DNA from: an uncultured Candidatus Saccharibacteria bacterium
Lineage (GTDB): Bacteria > Patescibacteriota > Minisyncoccia > Phycocordibacterales > UBA918
Length of the DNA: 64,000 nucleotides
Assembly: GCA_964643955.1 (NCBI GenBank)
Contig: CAZXUO010000004.1
Coordinates: 3,882-67,881, forward strand
Direction of reading: 5' to 3'
A program made the position numbers and the translations under genes. Below are positions 1 through 9,282 of this stretch, piece after piece. Each line of letters opens with the position of its first letter. Position 1 is the stretch's first letter. The notes under the pieces were generated by a model, which worked only from the letters and a program-made list of their open reading frames with translations, was not told where the DNA came from and ran no database searches.

Positions 1-125
1 ACATGCGCACGGAGCTCTCCGACGAAGATGGTGAAAAACTCGCCAACCTCATTGAGGAGCTTGAAGACAATGATGACGTTCAAGACATCTACACCGCCGC
101 GGACGAAGTTGAAGCAACAGACTAA
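1..125 (+). CDS. yebC: YebC/PmpR family protein, C-terminal fragment (partial)
   Basis: Frame from nt 3 reads ...KLANLIEELEDNDDVQDIYTAADEVEATD*, matching the YebC C-terminal LEDxDDVQxVY motif; lies upstream of ruvC as is usual. Confidence 0.85.
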   Translation, partial: MRTELSDEDGEKLANLIEELEDNDDVQDIYTAADEVEATD

Positions 126-140
126 GACCAGACACCACTC

Positions 141-230
141 CTCGATATCGTTATTTTTTCGTGTCCACGGGGTAATATCATCACCTTCAAAAGCAAACGT
201 CGGAGCGTACGAAAAAATGACGATGTCGAG
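141..230 (+). repeat. Structured hairpin repeat, copy 1 (candidate ncRNA/MITE-like)
   Basis: 22-bp arms (141-162/209-230) with two T.G wobbles; core TTTTTCGT..TCC...CAAACGTCGGA.CGTACGAAAAA shared with 6489-6590. Confidence 0.7.
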
Positions 231-274
231 AGGCTCTCATGTGTTAGTGAAAAATTAGTATACTTCTCAGTATT

Positions 275-769
275 ATGCGCGTACTCGCCTGCGACCCTGG
301 ATACGACCGACTTGGTATAGCCGTGCTTGAGAAAATGCACGGAAAAGAGCACCTACTTTTTTCTTCGTGTGTCACCAGCGACAAAAAAGCTGCGATCGCC
401 GATCGTCTTCACACCATCGGCGCAGCGTTCTCTGCACTCATTGAGGAACACGCGCCTACACACATCGCGCTCGAAACGCTTTTCTTTAGTAAGAATGTAA
501 AGACTGCCATGCACGTCGCAGAGACCCGCGGCCTCCTCCTCTATATTGCGCGCGCAAAAGGCTGTACGGTCGTCGAGTACACCCCGCAAGAAGTAAAGGT
601 CGCGGTCACTGGCTACGGAAAGAGCGATAAGACGAGCGTGACCGCGATGGTAAAACGCCTCATCCCTTCGGTACGGCCTGGAGCGCTTGATGATGAGTAC
701 GACGCGGTCGCAGTCGGTATCACGGCACTCGCCTCTATTCGGGACATTTCCCCAACGAGAACGCACTAA
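275..769 (+). CDS. ruvC: Holliday junction resolvase RuvC
   Basis: DPG, E-x-x-F, GYGKSDK and DDEYDAVAV acidic motifs. Confidence 0.95.
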   Translation: MRVLACDPGYDRLGIAVLEKMHGKEHLLFSSCVTSDKKAAIADRLHTIGAAFSALIEEHAPTHIALETLFFSKNVKTAMHVAETRGLLLYIARAKGCTVVEYTPQEVKVAVTGYGKSDKTSVTAMVKRLIPSVRPGALDDEYDAVAVGITALASIRDISPTRTH

Positions 770-826
770 TATTTGCACAATCGAGTGCACTCTGGTAAAA
801 AAGACGTGTATTCGTTTTTGCATATC

Positions 827-1030
827 ATGATTAATTTTTTACACACAGCATTTCCAGACGAAGAAGAGTCGGAAGATGACAAGGACGAAGCAGTCTCTGA
901 CGACGCACTCGATGCGCTCGACGAAGGCTTTGATGATGGACTCGACACCGCAACTGACGCACTCGCTGACGAAGAAGATGACGAAGACGCCGTGATATTT
1001 GACAAGCACGACGACGAAGACGAATTCTAG
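827..1030 (+). CDS. Small very acidic protein (MINFLHT-D/E-rich, 67 aa)
   Basis: ATG at 827; strongly biased D/E codons; followed by terminator hairpin ~1033-1071. Confidence 0.65.
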   Translation: MINFLHTAFPDEEESEDDKDEAVSDDALDALDEGFDDGLDTATDALADEEDDEDAVIFDKHDDEDEF

Positions 1031-1120
1031 CCAACAAAAACTCCTGAGAAAAATCTCAGGAGTTTTTGTTACTTTTTTACACTCACACCACACATTCCCT
1101 CTTTGTGCTAGTATCAGTGT

Positions 1121-3313
1121 ATGAAACGAGCACAGAGACTCTTTAAGAAGTATTACAAGCAAATAGCAGCAGATATCCTTCTCGGATTATTCGTTATTGG
1201 CCTTATTTTAGGCGGTATTTTAATGTTGTGGATCTCGACACTTGAGATTCCTGACCTTCAGGCATTTGAGCAGCGCCGCGTGCTCCAATCGACCAAAATA
1301 TATGACCGAACAGGCGAAGTGCTCCTCTACGACCTCCACCAAGATGTGCGCCGTACGATCGTGCCGTATGAGGAGATCTCTCGCCACATCATCAACGCAA
1401 GCGTTGCAATCGAAGACGACAGCTTCTTCCAGCACGGCGGTATTCGCCCACTCCGTACCTTCCAAGCAGTCTTTCAAAACTTCTTGAGTGGCGATCTCCT
1501 CGGCGGACAAGGTGGTTCGACTATCACGCAGCAGGTTATTAAAAACTCCGTACTCGCCCAAGAAAAGACGATCACTCGAAAAGTGAAGGAGTGGATTCTT
1601 GCGATCAAGCTTGAGCGACAGCTCACCAAGGAGGAAATCCTCGGTCACTACCTCAATGAATCACCGTATGGGGGCACCATCTATGGTGTCGAAGAAGCGA
1701 GTCAATCATTTTTTGGAAAGTCAGCGTCAGAGGTCACGCTTGCTGAAGCTGCGTACATCGCCGCACTTCCCCAGGCACCAACCTACTACTCTCCATACGG
1801 AAACAATCGTGATGAACTCGAGAAACGAAAGAACCTCGTACTCGAACAGATGAAAAAGAATGGATTTATTACGGACGAAGAGTACGAATCAGCAAAGACC
1901 GCGACGGTTGAGTTTCTCCCTCAGGCAACGAGCGGCATCCGCGCACCACACTTCGTCTTTTATGTTCGTGAGTACCTTGCAGAAAAGTATGGCGAGGAGT
2001 CGCTTGCTGAGCGCGGCTTCCGCGTCATCACCACACTCGATGCGAAGCTTCAAGAAAAGGCAGAAGAAGTAGTGAACCGCTATGCACTTACGAACGAGAA
2101 GACGTTCAATGCAAGTAACGCAGCGATGGTGGCGCAAGACCCGAAGACCGGAGAAATCCTCGTCATGGTCGGCTCACGCAATTATTTTGATGAAGATATT
2201 GACGGCAACTTCAACGTTGCTGTTGCTGATCGCCAGCCAGGATCATCCTTTAAGCCCTTTGTGTACGCTGCGGCTTTTGAAAAAGGCTACACGCCAGAGA
2301 CAGTTGTCTTTGATCTTCAGACACAATTCTCAACCGCATGTTCTCCTCAGGACATGACGAGCGAAAATGGTTGCTACTCACCACAAAACTACGACAACGC
2401 CTTCCGCGGACCGGTCTCTCTCCGCAACGCACTCGCACAATCACTCAACATTCCTGCAGTGAAGACGCTCTATCTTGCTGGCATCACTGATTCGATCAAG
2501 CTTGCGCGTGACATGGGCATCACCGGCCTTGCAGATCGCAACCGCTACGGACTCACGCTCGTACTTGGAGGCGGTGAAGTAAAGCTTGTTGATATGGTCA
2601 ATGCGTACGGCGTCTTTGCAAACGAAGGAAAGCGCGCGGAGCAGACACGCATCCTCCGCATTGAAGATGCGAGTGGAAACGTACTTGAGGAACATAAGCC
2701 AAAAGAAGACGAGGTGCTCGACCGCAACGTCGCACTTCAGATTTCTGACATTCTCTCAGACAATGTTGCGCGCGCACCACTCTATGGATCAAACTCGCAG
2801 CTCTACTTCCCCGGCATTGATGTTGCTGCAAAGACTGGTACGACCAACGACTACCGTGACGCATGGGTACTCGGCTATACACCGAACCTCGTCGTAGGTA
2901 CGTGGGCCGGCAACAATATTCCTGAACCAATGAACCAAATTTCAGGTCTTATCGTGACTCCAATGTGGCGTGAATTTATGGACTTTGCCCTCGCCGAGCG
3001 TGAAAAACAATCCTTCCCTGAACCTGCAGACACCCCTACTGACTTAAAGCCCGTACTACGCGGTATTTGGTTTGATCCGAGCTCAATCAGTATTGATCCA
3101 AACGCATCGAGCACCACTGGTGTCGGCAGCGCCATCAGCTCAGCACACGATATTCTCCACTATGTAATAAAAGACAACCCTCGCGGACCATATCCATCAA
3201 ATCCTGCTCAAGACCCACAGTATGCGTATTGGGAGTATCCCGTCACCCTCTGGAAAAACGGACTCACGGGTGGAGCGTCTTCACAAACACAAGATTCAGA
3301 AGACGACGACTAG
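1121..3313 (+). CDS. Class A penicillin-binding protein (PBP1A family)
   Basis: N-terminal TM; transglycosylase EDxxFxxHxG, GGSTITQQ, RKxxE; transpeptidase SSFK, SLN, KTG. Confidence 0.95.
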   Translation: MKRAQRLFKKYYKQIAADILLGLFVIGLILGGILMLWISTLEIPDLQAFEQRRVLQSTKIYDRTGEVLLYDLHQDVRRTIVPYEEISRHIINASVAIEDDSFFQHGGIRPLRTFQAVFQNFLSGDLLGGQGGSTITQQVIKNSVLAQEKTITRKVKEWILAIKLERQLTKEEILGHYLNESPYGGTIYGVEEASQSFFGKSASEVTLAEAAYIAALPQAPTYYSPYGNNRDELEKRKNLVLEQMKKNGFITDEEYESAKTATVEFLPQATSGIRAPHFVFYVREYLAEKYGEESLAERGFRVITTLDAKLQEKAEEVVNRYALTNEKTFNASNAAMVAQDPKTGEILVMVGSRNYFDEDIDGNFNVAVADRQPGSSFKPFVYAAAFEKGYTPETVVFDLQTQFSTACSPQDMTSENGCYSPQNYDNAFRGPVSLRNALAQSLNIPAVKTLYLAGITDSIKLARDMGITGLADRNRYGLTLVLGGGEVKLVDMVNAYGVFANEGKRAEQTRILRIEDASGNVLEEHKPKEDEVLDRNVALQISDILSDNVARAPLYGSNSQLYFPGIDVAAKTGTTNDYRDAWVLGYTPNLVVGTWAGNNIPEPMNQISGLIVTPMWREFMDFALAEREKQSFPEPADTPTDLKPVLRGIWFDPSSISIDPNASSTTGVGSAISSAHDILHYVIKDNPRGPYPSNPAQDPQYAYWEYPVTLWKNGLTGGASSQTQDSEDDD

Positions 3314-3619
3314 CTAGACCACGTGCTCTGGCATACCGTTTCCACCAAGTGTTTCTTTGCAGAGCGTGAGAATCTGTTTTTTGTTAAACATGATTTCGCT
3401 CTTATGTGGACCGGAGACCGCAACTGAGATAGTGCGTGTATGCACGTTATATCGCACCACATCGCGCGAGAGCGCGTGTTTGGTGATATGCTCCACCGCT
3501 GCACAGAACGCCGTCACCACGACGCCCTGAGGGGGTCGTAGGCGTGCCTGATATTTCGCAAAGAGACTACTTATCGGCACCGCGCCCTCATATTTTTCTT
3601 TCGCGCGCCTCCGTACCAT
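3314..3619 (-). CDS. Hypothetical protein, possible DciA/DUF721-like helicase loader
   Basis: 101 aa basic protein directly downstream of dnaN; TISVAVSGPHKSEIMFNKKQIL resembles the DUF721 LxVxxxSxxxxxELxxxxxxIL pattern. Confidence 0.45.
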   Translation of the reverse strand: MVRRRAKEKYEGAVPISSLFAKYQARLRPPQGVVVTAFCAAVEHITKHALSRDVVRYNVHTRTISVAVSGPHKSEIMFNKKQILTLCKETLGGNGMPEHVV

Positions 3620-3628
3620 ACAAAAATG

Positions 3629-4732
3629 CTAACGATTCATCGGCATCACCAGGTACCTGAGTGATTTTTCCGCAACCCCCTCCATCACCATCGGCCGGCC
3701 AACACCCGCAAAACGCAATACGATACTGTCGTCGATAAATGAACCGAGCGGATCATTGAGATAGCGCTGATTGAAACTCAATGCGAGCTCCTCTCCTTCG
3801 ATAGTTGCACTGATACCCTCTTCGGTTTTTCCGAGCTCCCCGTTGTCTGATGAAAAGGTGACGGTATTGCTCTTTGGATCGATAGTTGCGCGCACCTGAA
3901 GAAATGCATTCGTAAAGATGTTTGTCTTTTTGAGTGCGTGCGTGATGTCGCCACGCAATACCGTTGCATTTGTTTTAAATTCTTTTGGAATAATCTGCTG
4001 GTAGTCAGGGAACGACGCTTCAGTGAGTCGTGTTGCCACATAGACTCCCTTTGCAAAACGGAGTGCGAGCTGGTTTTCAGACACGACCATCTGTGGATCT
4101 TCATCTACGAGCTCTATGATCCGTGCAATCTCAAGAGCATTTTTAAACGGCACCAAGAGCGATGTCTCGAGAGTGACTCCCTTTTGTGGTACCACCTTTT
4201 CAATGAGGCGAAATGAGTCAGTTGCGACAAATGTGAGTGAGTGTTCTTTCTGTTGATGAATGAACACACTCCCAAGCTCGGGCTTGATGGATGATTGCGA
4301 CGCAGCAAACGCTGCTGTTTTTATACCAAGCGCAAAGAGTGCGCCGTTGAGTGTTTGTGTATTGCCCGAAAGCTGTTGGATTGCCGGAAACTCTTCTGAC
4401 GGAAGTGTTTTGATTGTTGTTCGAGATTTTCCCGACTCAACCACAAGCATATCTCCCTCTGACTTCAGGGTTACATTGCGATCATTTAAAAGCTGGACCG
4501 TCTGCATCAAGAGCGCTCCCGGCACTGCATGCACTCCCTCGCTTTTTACCACACCCGGAAGAACTACTTCGGCACTTAATTCCAAATTTGTTGCACGGAG
4601 CGTGAGTTGACCTTCGGTGTTTACGCTAAAGAGCACACACTGGAGTACGGGAAGTGTTTGATGCTTCGCACTGATACGTGCGAGTATCTCGAGTGCTTGC
4701 AGTAGTTTCTCCTTTTCAACATTGATGTGCAT
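3629..4732 (-). CDS. dnaN: DNA polymerase III beta sliding clamp
   Basis: ATNLE, VATDSFRL, FPDY and C-terminal YLVMPM motifs; follows dnaA. Confidence 0.97.
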   Translation of the reverse strand: MHINVEKEKLLQALEILARISAKHQTLPVLQCVLFSVNTEGQLTLRATNLELSAEVVLPGVVKSEGVHAVPGALLMQTVQLLNDRNVTLKSEGDMLVVESGKSRTTIKTLPSEEFPAIQQLSGNTQTLNGALFALGIKTAAFAASQSSIKPELGSVFIHQQKEHSLTFVATDSFRLIEKVVPQKGVTLETSLLVPFKNALEIARIIELVDEDPQMVVSENQLALRFAKGVYVATRLTEASFPDYQQIIPKEFKTNATVLRGDITHALKKTNIFTNAFLQVRATIDPKSNTVTFSSDNGELGKTEEGISATIEGEELALSFNQRYLNDPLGSFIDDSIVLRFAGVGRPMVMEGVAEKSLRYLVMPMNR

Positions 4733-4982
4733 AGCCGGTTGATTATTCTTTTTAAAAATCTTCTTATTATTAGGGGTGTTGATGAGGTGTATAACTCATT
4801 TCTATCGAGGTAGTACGGGATATTTCTATAAACAATTCTTCGGATTGCGTGGTGTATAGCGGGTGAATATCTGGGGATAGCTTGTGTGTGAAGTGTATAA
4901 GTGGAAGCTCGATGCTGCCTATTCCGCAGTGTTGTGCGACTCGATGCGCACCACAATACCTCCCCTTTCCACAGCCTATCCA
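4733..4982. other. Putative oriC (dnaA-dnaN intergenic)
   Basis: AT-rich tract 4739-4771 plus degenerate DnaA boxes: GGTGTATAA 4786, TGGGGATAG 4872, AGTGTATAA 4892, CTTTCCACA 4965, CTATCCACT 4976. Confidence 0.7.
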
Positions 4983-6359
4983 CTATTTTAAAAGAGCACG
5001 GATCTGCCCAAGCTCGTCTTCGAGCTCAGAGCTTCCCTTCAGATCATTTCTAATCTTTTCGCAGGAGTGAATGACGGTCGTGTGGTCGCGGCCACCGAGC
5101 TTGAGACCGATTGCGGGATACGACACCTGAAAATCTTCACGGAGGATGTACATAATGAGCTGTCGCGGCTTCACGATCTCTTTACGGCGCGTCTTTTCGT
5201 AGATGCTCGCAGGCTCTATTTCATAGAAACGCGCGACTTTATCCACTACATCAGAAACTGCAAGTGATTTTCGAGGACGGGTGCTGTTTTTGATAAGCAG
5301 CTTTACTTCGTCGAGTGAGAGCGTGCGCCCGAGGAGCTGCGACTGACACATGATGGTATTGAGCGCTCCTTCGAGCTCGCGCACGTTTCCCTCAATGGTT
5401 TGCGAGAGGTGTTCAACGACTGCGTCATCAAGCGTGATGCCGTGCTGTGCAGCTTTTGCCTTGAGAATAGCGCTTCGAGACTCAATATCGGGCGCAGGAA
5501 TATCAACGATCATTCCCTGCGCAAAACGTGAGCGGAGGCGCTCTTCCATGTGTGACATGAGGTGCGGCGCGACATCTGATGAAAAGACAATCTGCTTATT
5601 GTTGTCGTGAAGCGCGTTGAAGAGATGAAAAAGTTCTTCCTGCGTCTTCTCTTTATTTGCGAGAAATTGTACGTCGTCCATGATGAGAGCATCGTACTGT
5701 CGATACTTATCTTTAAAGCTGTTGGCGGTACCGTTTTGAAGCGAATTCATGAAGTCTACGGTGAAACGCTCACTCGTAACGTAGAACACTTTGCGTCCGA
5801 GGCGCTTGAGGTGATTTCCTACTGCTTGAATGAGATGCGTCTTGCCATGACCAGTCTTTCCGTAGATGAAAAGCGGGTTGTATGCGATGCCGGGCTTCTC
5901 TGCAACGGTCTTTGCAGCGGTATGTGCGAGCGCATTGAAGGGGCCGACGACAAAGGTGTCGAAAATATACTTTGGATTGAGGTTGTCGCTCTTGTTTATG
6001 TAATATTCCTCAAGTGGAAGTGCAGTATTGACCGTTTGTTGCTGCACTTTTTCGCTGCGCTTATCGTTTCGTGCTACCACTGCATACTCAACACTGCGCA
6101 CGTGCGGAGAAAGGTCACGGAGGGTCTTTAAAATGACGCTATGAAACTTGTCCGCAAGCCAATCCTTAACAAAGACACTCGGGACACCGACGGTCACCGT
6201 ACCGTCTTCAAGCGCCGTGATGTGTGTGTCCTTGAACCACGTCTTGAAGTTTGCGGGAGTGATGGAGAGTTCGATGTGGATAAGCGCGTCATCCCACAAT
6301 TGCTTCACATTGACGTGCTGTGTTTCAAGAGCAGTTGTCGTATGTGAAAGAGGACTCAT
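4983..6359 (-). CDS. dnaA: Chromosomal replication initiator DnaA
   Basis: YNPLFIYGKTGHGKTHL Walker A, DDVQF, GNVRELEGAL, GGRDHTTVIH; start taken at ATG 6359. Confidence 0.98.
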   Translation of the reverse strand: MSPLSHTTTALETQHVNVKQLWDDALIHIELSITPANFKTWFKDTHITALEDGTVTVGVPSVFVKDWLADKFHSVILKTLRDLSPHVRSVEYAVVARNDKRSEKVQQQTVNTALPLEEYYINKSDNLNPKYIFDTFVVGPFNALAHTAAKTVAEKPGIAYNPLFIYGKTGHGKTHLIQAVGNHLKRLGRKVFYVTSERFTVDFMNSLQNGTANSFKDKYRQYDALIMDDVQFLANKEKTQEELFHLFNALHDNNKQIVFSSDVAPHLMSHMEERLRSRFAQGMIVDIPAPDIESRSAILKAKAAQHGITLDDAVVEHLSQTIEGNVRELEGALNTIMCQSQLLGRTLSLDEVKLLIKNSTRPRKSLAVSDVVDKVARFYEIEPASIYEKTRRKEIVKPRQLIMYILREDFQVSYPAIGLKLGGRDHTTVIHSCEKIRNDLKGSSELEDELGQIRALLK

Positions 6360-6426
6360 ACCAAAAGTTATAAGCATTATACGCCACCGACAGGGGGTGT
6401 AAACTCAGGCGCGTATTCCGCGCGTT

Positions 6427-6457
6427 TTATACACGTACTGGCGTCAACTGTGTATAA
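6427..6457. promoter_or_regulatory. DnaA boxes upstream of dnaA
   Basis: TTATACACG 6427-6435 and TGTGTATAA 6449-6457 in opposite orientation. Confidence 0.6.
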
Positions 6458-6488
6458 CCTGTTGAAAAGTCGATTTCATATATTCCCT

Positions 6489-6590
6489 CTTAGCGCCGTA
6501 CTGCATATTTTTCGTATCCGTGGGAGCCATTTTCACCATCTTCAATAACAAACGTCGGAACGTACGAAAAATATGCAGTACGGCGCTGAG
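6489..6590 (+). repeat. Structured hairpin repeat, copy 2
   Basis: Perfect 25-bp arms AGCGCCGTACTGCATATTTTTCGTA/TACGAAAAATATGCAGTACGGCGCT around a loop similar to copy 1. Confidence 0.7.
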
Positions 6591-6680
6591 GCTGTCTTGT
6601 AGAGTGCCTAAGATTTCTAAGTCGCTACACTCCTAGAAATCTATTGAAAAAATAGGAATATAGTGTATTGTGTTGGGACT

Positions 6681-6818
6681 ATGTCAAAGCGAACCTACCA
6701 GCCGAAGAAGAAAAAGCGGGCTACAACCCACGGTTTTTTGGTCCGTTCGGCTACTCCGTCAGGAGCCAAAATCCTCCGTGCACGACGCCGTAAGGGCCGC
6801 GCAAAGCTCACGGTCTAA
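6681..6818 (+). CDS. rpmH: 50S ribosomal protein L34 (missing from ORF track)
   Basis: [45 protein letters not shown]; divergent from dnaA. Confidence 0.97.
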   Translation: MSKRTYQPKKKKRATTHGFLVRSATPSGAKILRARRRKGRAKLTV

Positions 6819-6848
6819 GTAAAAAGCCCCTTTTGAGGGGCTTTTTAC
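6819..6848. terminator. Intrinsic terminator hairpin after rpmH
   Basis: GTAAAAAGCCCCT-TTTG-AGGGGCTTTTTAC. Confidence 0.7.
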
Positions 6849-6890
6849 TATCTTTCCCTCTCATACACCTTTCGCGTATACTCCATATAT

Positions 6891-7223
6891 ATGTTTCCCC
6901 AGGAAGAACGACTCACCCGAAGCCAGTTTGATGAGGCCTTTAAGCGTGGAATACGGGTCCACACGCCCTCGATGCTTTTTGTGTATGTCGAAGGAGGTAG
7001 TCGGAAAGGCGCCGTCGTTGTGTCAAAAAAAGTGGCAAAAAGTGCCGTGGCGCGCAATCGTTTGCGCCGACAGATCTATACGGTCCTCCGGGCATTAGGT
7101 CCTGCCCTCGGCACCAGTATCGTACTTTTGAAGTCAGCCCCCAAGGGCTCTTTTGGTGAACTACTCCTCGAGCTTGAGAGGGCTGCGTCGCGCGCGGTTG
7201 GTATAAGCGCTCGTTCGCGTTAA
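6891..7223 (+). CDS. rnpA: Ribonuclease P protein component
   Basis: VSKKVAKSAVARNRLRR (RNR motif); rpmH-rnpA-yidC synteny. Confidence 0.92.
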   Translation: MFPQEERLTRSQFDEAFKRGIRVHTPSMLFVYVEGGSRKGAVVVSKKVAKSAVARNRLRRQIYTVLRALGPALGTSIVLLKSAPKGSFGELLLELERAASRAVGISARSR

Positions 7224-7233
7224 AATGGCGGGT

Positions 7234-7983
7234 ATGTTTTCATCCATTTGGCACGGGGTTTTCTTTGATCCTATTTACAACGGCCTTATTTTTATCCTCA
7301 ACCACGTACCGGGTGGCGACGTCGGTGTTGCGATCATTATTCTTACCGTCGTTATCAAGCTCCTCCTCCTTCCCCTTTCAGTACGTGCTACGAAAACACA
7401 GCACGCAATGCGTGAGCTCGAGCCAAAGCTCGCGGAGATAAAGGAGAAACACAAAGATGATCGAGAAAAACTCGCGCGCGAGACTATGGGTGCGTATAAA
7501 GAAGCGGGTGTGAACCCTTTTGCAAGTATCTTACTCATCCTCATCCAGCTGCCCGTCATTATTGCGCTCTATCTCTCGGTGTATCGCGGTGGTGGCGTAG
7601 CGCTCCCTGCTATCAATGTAGATCTTCTCTACTCGTTCGTACCAACACCCGAGACAGCGACGATGATGTTTCTTGGGTTTATGGATATTGCCGCACGGAG
7701 CTTCCCGCTCGCCTTTCTTGCGGGTGTGACGCAGTTTTATCACACACGACTTTCACTTCCCCCGCTTGCTCCTAAAGAAAAAGATGCGAAGCCAAGTTTC
7801 AAGGATGATTTCCAACGCAGCATGCAGATGCAGATGCGGTACGTGATGCCGATCATTATTTTCTTTGTGGCGTACACCATCTCAGCAGCGATTGCGCTCT
7901 ACTTCCTTGTGAGCAACCTGATGGCAATTGCGCAGGAGTATTTCATCAAGTGGCATGTGCCAGCACCGGAGAAAAAGGATTAA
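7234..7983 (+). CDS. yidC: YidC/Oxa1 membrane protein insertase
   Basis: GVAIIILTVVIKLLLLPL, GVNPF, IQLP, ALYFLVSN motifs. Confidence 0.93.
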   Translation: MFSSIWHGVFFDPIYNGLIFILNHVPGGDVGVAIIILTVVIKLLLLPLSVRATKTQHAMRELEPKLAEIKEKHKDDREKLARETMGAYKEAGVNPFASILLILIQLPVIIALYLSVYRGGGVALPAINVDLLYSFVPTPETATMMFLGFMDIAARSFPLAFLAGVTQFYHTRLSLPPLAPKEKDAKPSFKDDFQRSMQMQMRYVMPIIIFFVAYTISAAIALYFLVSNLMAIAQEYFIKWHVPAPEKKD

Positions 7984-8003
7984 ATTTAGAGGTAAATAGA
8001 GTA

Positions 8004-8041
8004 AAACAAAAGCCCGCGCACAAGTGCGCGGGCTTTTGTTT
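8004..8041. terminator. Bidirectional terminator between yidC and the T4SS-like operon
   Basis: AAACAAAAGCCCGCGCAC-AA-GTGCGCGGGCTTTTGTTT. Confidence 0.8.
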
Positions 8042-8055
8042 ATTATGGACAATGA

Positions 8056-9279
8056 CTATTCTTCTCCCTCGGTCTGCTCGACGTCTTCCATAGAATCGGC
8101 GCTCGGCGTAATACTTTGCGGTAATTCCTGAAGCCACAACAGCCCATCACGCTTGTTGGTAAAGATAAGCATCGTGCTCGACGCATTTACATGCATGTCG
8201 AGAATATCAATTATTTCTCCAACGTCTTCGCTCGGTATGCTGATAAGTGCTGCACTTCCAGTATATGCATCTATTTCCCAAACCATATCATCGAGTGACG
8301 CTACTCCTTGATACCATGCATCAGGGTATTCCCCATTTATAGGAACTACAGATGCTCCGCACCAAAGAATATGTTCACGCTCTCTGTCTGCGGCACATTT
8401 CTCAGGGAAAACGGATACGGTAAGAGGTGTACTTGATGTAGCAGCCCCATAAGAGACAAGCGAGCCTTCGCTGGTAAGGAAAGTAGTTACGAACGAGCTT
8501 TTGGTGGGCGTGAGCATAAGACTCGTAACGCCGCCTGCAATTCTTTCAAACTCACTACCACGATATGCGTAACCAGGCACTCGCGCACTCGGTGTCGTAT
8601 ATGCAAGTATCTCTGGTTCCCAAGAAACTGTAATATCGCGGAGAACAGAATTAAAGAGCTCAATACGTGTGTTTGTTTTAAGATCGTATCGATAACCTGT
8701 GCTTCCAGCGGATGTCGGCATCAGGTAGTAAAGAACATCCCCATTCGATCCAAATGCGATGCTGCGTGATGCTCCGGGTAGTTCGGTGCTCGTAACGACC
8801 GTCTCGCCAGCATCATTTTTTTCGAGTGTATTTACAAATACTCGCTGTGTGACAGGAGATTCTTCTGCAGTAATAACAACTCGGTTTCCTTGCGGCGACC
8901 AGAACGCCTCAGTAGTCCGGGGGATGGTTATGTTTACAAGCCTAACGCCAGTTTGGGTGTCTGTATCTACTTCATATATATGTCCAGTTCCACGTTCGAC
9001 ATAACGTACTTTGGTTGTACCGTCTTGTTCAAAAATAATCGAACCGGCGACAGGTGTGGTGCTTATTTTTTTAAGGGCCGTAGATGTTTGTCTTTCTTCC
9101 TGAGTATCCTCCGTCACGTCCACTGGTACAAATTCATTTGACCCACCAAAAGAACCAAACGGATTTGGAATTCCTGAAAGACTTTCCGGTCGCCCATTCA
9201 TGAGGAGATACCACCAGGCTCCCCCTAATATGAGAATGAGGAGTATGATGCTTCCGATTATGATCCAAATTTTTTTCAT
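8056..9279 (-). CDS. Membrane-anchored extracellular protein, likely beta-propeller
   Basis: N-terminal TM; WSPQGNRV and FGSNGDVLYY TolB/WD-like repeats. Confidence 0.7.
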   Translation of the reverse strand: MKKIWIIIGSIILLILILGGAWWYLLMNGRPESLSGIPNPFGSFGGSNEFVPVDVTEDTQEERQTSTALKKISTTPVAGSIIFEQDGTTKVRYVERGTGHIYEVDTDTQTGVRLVNITIPRTTEAFWSPQGNRVVITAEESPVTQRVFVNTLEKNDAGETVVTSTELPGASRSIAFGSNGDVLYYLMPTSAGSTGYRYDLKTNTRIELFNSVLRDITVSWEPEILAYTTPSARVPGYAYRGSEFERIAGGVTSLMLTPTKSSFVTTFLTSEGSLVSYGAATSSTPLTVSVFPEKCAADREREHILWCGASVVPINGEYPDAWYQGVASLDDMVWEIDAYTGSAALISIPSEDVGEIIDILDMHVNASSTMLIFTNKRDGLLWLQELPQSITPSADSMEDVEQTEGEE

Positions 9280-9282
9280 TTG

